Shown here in pieces: positions 25,602 to 30,678 of a DNA stretch of 30,678 bases. The stretch's first letter is position 1; each line of letters begins with the position of its first letter. Below the pieces are notes generated by a model, which was given only the letters and a program-made list of their open reading frames with translations, was not told the origin of the DNA and ran no database searches. The stretch comes from a virus (taxonomy: Duplodnaviria; Caudoviricetes): positions 1 to 30,678 of the IMG/VR virus record IMGVR_UViG_3300032247_000762; one strand, written 5' to 3'. The position numbers and the translations under genes were made by a program.

Positions 25602-27398
25602 TTATCCTTGAGCTGATTGAAGTTGATTTGATGCTGCGTCTTGAAGTTGTTGTGGTGCTTTGCCGAGTTTGCCAGCAGCATTTGCGGCAGTCTCTGCATT
25701 CTTGAGAGCGTTTTCTTTTGCGATCATCTGAGCGCGTTGGTTACGTAAATCTACGACTTCTTTCATAGAACGGAATGAAGCCTCAGGCATACCAAAGTTA
25801 CGGCCTGTCATACGTACCAAATTATCAAAGTTAAAGTTGTCCATGATCTCAGGACGCATCTGAGCTAAAGGTTGTAGCATACCAAGAGTCTTTTCAGTGC
25901 CTACATTCTTTACCTCGTTCATCGCGAGCGTTACACGGCTCTTGATATTAATCTTAGGTGTAGCCAACTGCATTGGTTCTTTAGGATCGTTGTTAGGACG
26001 AACCATAAGTGCTTCTGGAGCTTTACCAAGTTTGTTAGCTCTGTACGCAATGCCTATGCAGCGTAATACAAGTGGATTAATAAGGTCAGTGCGGTATTGA
26101 TCAAATGTTCCTGTGAACTGATCTAGCTTCTCACCTATACGCTGACTCACCTCAGTGGCGGTCATACGCTTATCTTCCAAGTTTCCAAGAGCGTTAAAGA
26201 TGTCTACGAAAAATGCTTTCTTAAGAGCATCACGTTTATCATCTAACATTTCTTTAGTGTTTTGGTAATCACCTTGTGTCAGCCACTCCCTTGGAACAGC
26301 TTCAGGTTGATCTGCCTTGTAAGTTGTCACACCACCTGCGGCTAGTTGGATGTTACCATCAAGGTTGTCTGGATACAGTAGACGCGGGAAGGCTTTCAAC
26401 TCGGCTAGAGCATCCTGATACTGGGTGACGAAATTAAGTTGGCGTGCTTCTACAAGAGTCTCAAATGCTGGAGAACAACCGTATGCTTGGTCATCTGTAC
26501 CCCAACGACTCCAACGTAAACAAAAGTATGGCATCTCATCGTAGCCCTGATAGCTAACGATTTTCTTTTCTACCACTGTCTGGTAAACAGAAGCAAACGC
26601 TTTTCCGTTTGTTCCTAATTCACCGACTTTGAAATCATCATTAGGAAATACGTGATGCATGAACTCATACATTTCATCGTACTTCTTTTTATCAAATGCC
26701 TCCTGCATCTTCTTAGGCAGGTTCTCAATGCCAAACTTCTGTGCTGCTTGGCGTATGGTTAATTTGAACCAGCGTACAACAGTGTCTATTGTCTTCTCGT
26801 CGTTCTCGCAGATAACAAATGTTCCAACTTTGAATTGTTCAAAGCGGTAGAGATTGGCTTTACCTTCTTCCATGAACATAAGAGCCGTACCAAATACACA
26901 TGCACTTCTGTTAAATGGTTGAACAACGGAATAGAAATTAGACGCCGCAAGTTCTTGGAGAATAGTTTGCGCTGTGTCTGCTGACCAACGTGTAGCTTCA
27001 TCTACTCCGTTTTCATCTACAGGCTGTGATTGCGGGTTAAGAAGTTTTTGTACGCGAGCACTACCAGGCTGACTCATGTCAGGCTGTCTAGCCATTGCGT
27101 TCTTAGTAAGATTGGTTGGTGGTGCTAAGTCTAACCAAGGTTCAGTAGACGGAGTAACCCAGTTACGAACACCAACAGAGCAAGTAGCTGAAGCTCGCAT
27201 AGCGGTTGATTCGTATAGTCGGTCAAACCAACCAGTAGAGGATTCAGTTTTCTCTGTATTAATGTCGGATACATCAGGCCAAAAGTAGTCAGAGATTTCC
27301 TGCCAGCGTGGATCAAATATGCTGTTACGATAGCTCTTTAGCTTATCCGCACGTTTAAATAGCTTAAGTGCTAATTCGTTATCGTCTAAAGAGGCCAT
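25602..27398 (-). CDS. Portal protein (T7-like head-tail connector family)
   Basis: WQEISDYFWP, SNFY...VFGTA, RW...YGCSPA...RQLN and MTATEV..R..EK motifs. 598 aa. Confidence 0.93.
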   Translation of the reverse strand: MASLDDNELALKLFKRADKLKSYRNSIFDPRWQEISDYFWPDVSDINTEKTESSTGWFDRLYESTAMRASATCSVGVRNWVTPSTEPWLDLAPPTNLTKNAMARQPDMSQPGSARVQKLLNPQSQPVDENGVDEATRWSADTAQTILQELAASNFYSVVQPFNRSACVFGTALMFMEEGKANLYRFEQFKVGTFVICENDEKTIDTVVRWFKLTIRQAAQKFGIENLPKKMQEAFDKKKYDEMYEFMHHVFPNDDFKVGELGTNGKAFASVYQTVVEKKIVSYQGYDEMPYFCLRWSRWGTDDQAYGCSPAFETLVEARQLNFVTQYQDALAELKAFPRLLYPDNLDGNIQLAAGGVTTYKADQPEAVPREWLTQGDYQNTKEMLDDKRDALKKAFFVDIFNALGNLEDKRMTATEVSQRIGEKLDQFTGTFDQYRTDLINPLVLRCIGIAYRANKLGKAPEALMVRPNNDPKEPMQLATPKINIKSRVTLAMNEVKNVGTEKTLGMLQPLAQMRPEIMDNFNFDNLVRMTGRNFGMPEASFRSMKEVVDLRNQRAQMIAKENALKNAETAANAAGKLGKAPQQLQDAASNQLQSAQG

Positions 27399-27400
27399 GA

Positions 27401-27700
27401 TTAATTAAGAGCTGCTTTAAGTGCTTGGGCTTTGTTCTCTGCCTCTTGCACACGTTCAATAAAAATGTTTACCAGCTCGTCCATAGAGAAGCCTTGAAGC
27501 ACACCCTTCTTCATTGCTTTACGGTTTATGCCCTCCAAGGTCATCAACATATCTTGGAGTATACCAAATTCAAAATCCCACAAGGGACGTCCAAGAGCGC
27601 GAGTGCATTCATCCAAATGTCGTTGTGTAACAACAGGTGATGCTGCCGTCTCGTTCGGCAATGGGTTATTAACAATTTCGTCTGCTTGTGGTAAAATCAT
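27401..27700 (-). CDS. Hypothetical protein (99 aa)
   Basis: ATGA overlap with the upstream gene and a 2-nt gap before the portal. Confidence 0.6.
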   Translation of the reverse strand: MILPQADEIVNNPLPNETAASPVVTQRHLDECTRALGRPLWDFEFGILQDMLMTLEGINRKAMKKGVLQGFSMDELVNIFIERVQEAENKAQALKAALN

Positions 27701-28023
27701 GCTAGTCGGCCTCCTGCGGTACTTCCAGGACTTGGTTGATAGGATCCTGGTCCGCCACCTACGCCTGGACCTGATGATGAACCACCACCCATGCTTCCAC
27801 CAGAACCACTACCAGGGGGAGTCATACCAGCAGCGTAGCCTTGTAAACCACCTGTGCCACCGTAGCCACCTTTAGATCCTGCAAACACTGTTTGACCAAT
27901 GCCTTTACGACGGAGTTGCTGGCGATAGGTTGCTTGCTCTACAGCAATGCTTGCCGCGTTATTTTGGGTAACGGGAGGCGTTGGTGTTGGTGCATCTGGA
28001 ACTGTAGGAGTTGATCCGCCCAT
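27697..28023 (-). CDS. Small Gly/Pro-rich pre-portal virion protein
   Basis: MGGSTP.P.AP.P.PP N-terminus, RRKG...T motif and Gly-rich tail, typical of the small gene preceding T7-type portals. Confidence 0.6.
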   Translation of the reverse strand: MGGSTPTVPDAPTPTPPVTQNNAASIAVEQATYRQQLRRKGIGQTVFAGSKGGYGGTGGLQGYAAGMTPPGSGSGGSMGGGSSSGPGVGGGPGSYQPSPGSTAGGRLA

Positions 28024-28026
28024 AAA

Positions 28027-28374
28027 TTATGTTTTGTTAGTTAAACGCCTTAAGGTTGATATGGCATAAAAGCGAGGAATTTCGTCAAAGCGTTCAAAAC
28101 CAATCAACGGGAGAGGGTACGGCAATATATTCCATGCCTTGTCTGTTTGTCCAGCCATACCGTATATCCACCACGCATCTTGTCTATAATCATCAAAGGT
28201 ATACGTTGGTTCTCTGATTAGGTTGTAGGACTCTTTACTGTCTACAGGACGGCCCATTACAAAGAACTCAGGCGTGCTATAAACGAATCCGTGGGCATAG
28301 TGCATCTCAAGTATGGATGGGAAGTCTACGCCCTTCTGGGCAAATGTATGTTGTATCTTATCTATTGGGCTCAT
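28027..28374 (-). CDS. Hypothetical protein (possibly GNAT-like)
   Basis: HGFVYSTPEFFVMGRPV...DAWWIYGMAG...PYPLPLIGFER. ATGA overlap with terL. Confidence 0.6.
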   Translation of the reverse strand: MSPIDKIQHTFAQKGVDFPSILEMHYAHGFVYSTPEFFVMGRPVDSKESYNLIREPTYTFDDYRQDAWWIYGMAGQTDKAWNILPYPLPLIGFERFDEIPRFYAISTLRRLTNKT

Positions 28375-29744
28375 CGGAATGATTTAAACATTTTTCTAAA
28401 ACTGTTTTCTTTAACGGGTTCACGGGATACACGTATGTCTATGGTCTTAGTTTGTCTGGCAAACTCTGACGTACCTGTAAGCAGTCCATAGCTATAAGCC
28501 TCACCTAGTGTACGGATAGCATCAGCCCCATGTGAGAACTCATCATGCACTGGACGCTCATTAGTAGCTGCCCCAGTTTGCACCTCACGCTTACGATAGT
28601 ATTCTAAACAGTCCAAACCTGATGGTATAGGAGTCATCTTAGTACCAAACTGCTTTGAACAGTTGGCTCTATGGATTACGAAGCGGGGCATAAGATCACG
28701 CACTTGGTTTATCCCTAGCCAAATGTCGGGAGTCCTAGGCACAACACACAAGTCTGTCATACCCGCATCCTTTAAATCGCTTATCCATGTCTTACCACCC
28801 CTATCTCTTGTGTTAGCATCATGGGGTAGATGGTGCATCTTAATAGGTTTGCCATACCTTTTCTCCCAAATGAGGCATTGATCTACGTAATAAGCAGGCG
28901 TCCTACCCGTGTCTGAGAAGTAGTTTAGTAGTAAAATGTCTCGATTGACCAGCTGCACAAGCCATATACAGGTAAAATCCGACTGCCCTAAGTCCCAGAA
29001 AGTATACATTGGATGGCCTTGCTCCATAGGAAAGTCCATAATTCTGTTCTCTTTACGTAGGTGATTGATCTGATTGGCGTAGATAGAACCAGGAACTGGA
29101 GCTTCAAAGCTACATTCATACTCCCTATCAAAAGCTTCCTTACCCATTACCTTTAAAGCTGAGTCCAATTCAGACTGCGGGAGAAGCTGAGACTTACTGG
29201 CTGGTAGGAACAAGGTGAAGTAGTCGTCGTCATGCAGCGCATTGTCGAACAACGTAAAGAAGCTATTGCGACCCTTTGGCGTACCAATCCACAAACACCA
29301 ACCAAGACGGTCAGACAAAGCAGGCCGTAAAATGTTCTTAAAGAAATCCCCATCCATGTCAGCAGGCTCATCCACTACCACCCCATCTAAGTAGAGCCCA
29401 CGAAGGCTTTCGCTATTGTCAGCACCATACAAAGTGATTCTACCACCCTTAGGAAGCTGTATGTACAACTCAGACTCACTCACCTTCCTATCTGGTATGC
29501 CTGCCGTAAAGTCTTTTAAGTACTGCCAAGCAACAGCCTTAGCCTGTATGCGATAGGGAGCTATGTAAGCAAACCTAGGATTTTTATTAGCACAAAGCAA
29601 AGCACCCCTTATAAGCTGGTTAAGGGAAGCAACAGTCTTACCCGACCGTCTATGCGCCACAACCACCATCCACCGCTTCTTACACTCCTGCAGCGGCATA
29701 AACTGATCCCGAGGACAATAGGCTATCTCTACATCTTTATTCAT
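28371..29744 (-). CDS. terL: Terminase large subunit
   Basis: Walker A VAHRRSGKT, LRG..LDGVVVDE Walker B, GTPKGRN, REYECSF, nuclease WDLG..DFT and HDEFSHGADA. Confidence 0.95.
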   Translation of the reverse strand: MNKDVEIAYCPRDQFMPLQECKKRWMVVVAHRRSGKTVASLNQLIRGALLCANKNPRFAYIAPYRIQAKAVAWQYLKDFTAGIPDRKVSESELYIQLPKGGRITLYGADNSESLRGLYLDGVVVDEPADMDGDFFKNILRPALSDRLGWCLWIGTPKGRNSFFTLFDNALHDDDYFTLFLPASKSQLLPQSELDSALKVMGKEAFDREYECSFEAPVPGSIYANQINHLRKENRIMDFPMEQGHPMYTFWDLGQSDFTCIWLVQLVNRDILLLNYFSDTGRTPAYYVDQCLIWEKRYGKPIKMHHLPHDANTRDRGGKTWISDLKDAGMTDLCVVPRTPDIWLGINQVRDLMPRFVIHRANCSKQFGTKMTPIPSGLDCLEYYRKREVQTGAATNERPVHDEFSHGADAIRTLGEAYSYGLLTGTSEFARQTKTIDIRVSREPVKENSFRKMFKSFR

Positions 29745-29842
29745 AACTGGTCAGGGTCCTTAGGAAGCCATATCATAGCCAAACAAAAAACTAAAACTAA
29801 GAAGGCCATTGCTATAAAGTAGGGGGAGTGGGGGGAGTACAT
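29741..29842 (-). CDS. Small single-pass membrane protein (33 aa); not in ORF track
   Basis: MYSPHSPYFIAMAFLVLVFCLAMIWLPKDPDQL*. Its stop overlaps the terL ATG (ATGA). Confidence 0.5.
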   Translation of the reverse strand: MYSPHSPYFIAMAFLVLVFCLAMIWLPKDPDQL

Positions 29843-29938
29843 AGGGGGGTATTAGGTTAATTCTGTAAAGTGTTGTAGTATATGTAGCTGTATAAAGGAA
29901 TCCTCAATCGTCGAAGGGGGGTGGCGTGGTACATACCC

Positions 29939-30370
29939 CTACCCCTTGAGGAATTCCTGTGGGTTTTCCTCGTTAACATGTTTAAGTTCAACGGGTTTTG
30001 AAGCCCATCGTACAGTAATCTCTGTTGGAGTGTTGCCATCTACGTTGCCTAGTAAGCTTGTCTTTTCTGCGTAAACGGTAGGTTTCATGCGAGCGGCTAT
30101 CCATTTGTAGGTATCGATAATTATACGGCCTTCGTTATAACCTAACTGACCGCTTTCAACCCTATTAACAGCACTTAGAATGGCCTCAAATGAACTCTCT
30201 GCCATGCATGACCTCGCGTGTGCGTATTGCTCTGTTAATTCTTTAGAGTTCTTCAAACCATCATAGAACATTGAGAAGCCGCAGCCTTTCTTGGCTAAAG
30301 CAGAACGTAGAGAACGTCCTTCACTAATCTCATCGAATATAGACAGATAGTCTTTTTTGCTTAACGGCAT
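29939..30370 (-). CDS. terS: Terminase small subunit
   Basis: Start re-called at ATG 30370. IFDEISEGRSLRS (HTH), QYAHAR..MAE and RIIIDTYKWIAARMKP.VY match Sf6-like TerS. Directly upstream of terL. Confidence 0.85.
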   Translation of the reverse strand: MPLSKKDYLSIFDEISEGRSLRSALAKKGCGFSMFYDGLKNSKELTEQYAHARSCMAESSFEAILSAVNRVESGQLGYNEGRIIIDTYKWIAARMKPTVYAEKTSLLGNVDGNTPTEITVRWASKPVELKHVNEENPQEFLKG

Positions 30371-30439
30371 TGGTTGGAAATAGTGTTCAAACGAACATCT
30401 GTTGAATAGGCAAGTGTTTCTAGCATCTCTAGGGATTCT

Positions 30440-30647
30440 AGGCACTTTGGTGGCCGCAAAAAATGGAGTCTAAATAGTTTTTTTAGAATCAAATAAAACT
30501 ATTTTCCCTATGAAAGTAAGATTTTGTAAAAAAAAGCTTGTGTTAATCACTAATAAGCCGTTTATTGTTTATCAACCGCTAGTGAACGCTGTGTTTTATT
30601 CTTACTTTTGTTGAGCAATCTTAACAAATCTAAGTTTGGAACATAAT
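30440..30647. promoter_or_regulatory. AT-rich divergent intergenic/control region with inverted repeat
   Basis: Very AT-rich. Perfect 10-bp inverted repeat AAATAGTTTT (30472-30481) / AAAACTATTT (30495-30504). It separates the leftward late operon from a possible rightward ORF. Confidence 0.45.
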
Positions 30648-30678
30648 ATGAAAAACGGACTAGCAGCCTTGACGTACC
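30648..30678 (+). CDS. Possible start of a divergent ORF (MKNGLAALTY...), truncated
   Basis: ATG after an AT-rich leader. Only 10 codons are visible. Confidence 0.25.
   Translation, partial: MKNGLAALTY

Noticed and set aside
169-28881. Many + strand ORFs in the track (e.g. 169-444, 800-1072, 2929-3195, 7022-7390, 22417-22764, 27528-27875) and short nested minus-strand ORFs
   Set aside because: They are antisense or alternate-frame shadows of well-supported minus-strand genes. ORF 169-444 lies opposite the lipase.
29857-30445. Track ORF 29857-30039 and the N-terminal extension of terS (30371-30445)
   Set aside because: The first is an alternate frame inside terS. The extension precedes the TerS-like region, and ATG 30370 is more plausible.
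1-30678. CRISPR arrays, tRNA/rRNA, integrase/IS elements, stop-codon recoding
   Set aside because: None was seen by eye. Genes tile the window intact under the standard code.

Overview
The window is the nearly complete morphogenesis (late) operon of a podovirus-like tailed phage or prophage, with a T7/BPP-1-like gene order. All real genes are tightly packed on the minus strand, mostly with ATGA/TAATG overlaps. The order is terminase small and large subunits, portal, Bbp19-like protein, scaffold, GroES co-chaperonin, major capsid, cement/decoration protein, tail adaptor and nozzle, GNAT-like protein, three ejection (internal virion) proteins, an unannotated 42-aa acidic peptide plus a PurD-like ATP-grasp ligase, a T7-type fibre adaptor, a beta-helical tailspike, a ~1380-aa Gly/Thr/Ser-rich fibre with its small partner, and a membrane-protein cluster ending in a class-3 lipase cut by the window edge (absent from the ORF track). 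The most unusual features are: (1) the long fibre and its partner both start with Sec-type signal peptides with Gln at +1, implying exported phage fibre-like proteins; (2) a peptide/ATP-grasp pair inside the virion operon; (3) a holin-like/lipoprotein/TM/lipase cassette with no visible endolysin; (4) CBM-like modules inserted into the tail adaptor and nozzle; (5) a structured leader before the capsid gene. All calls come from motif recognition by eye; no searches were run.
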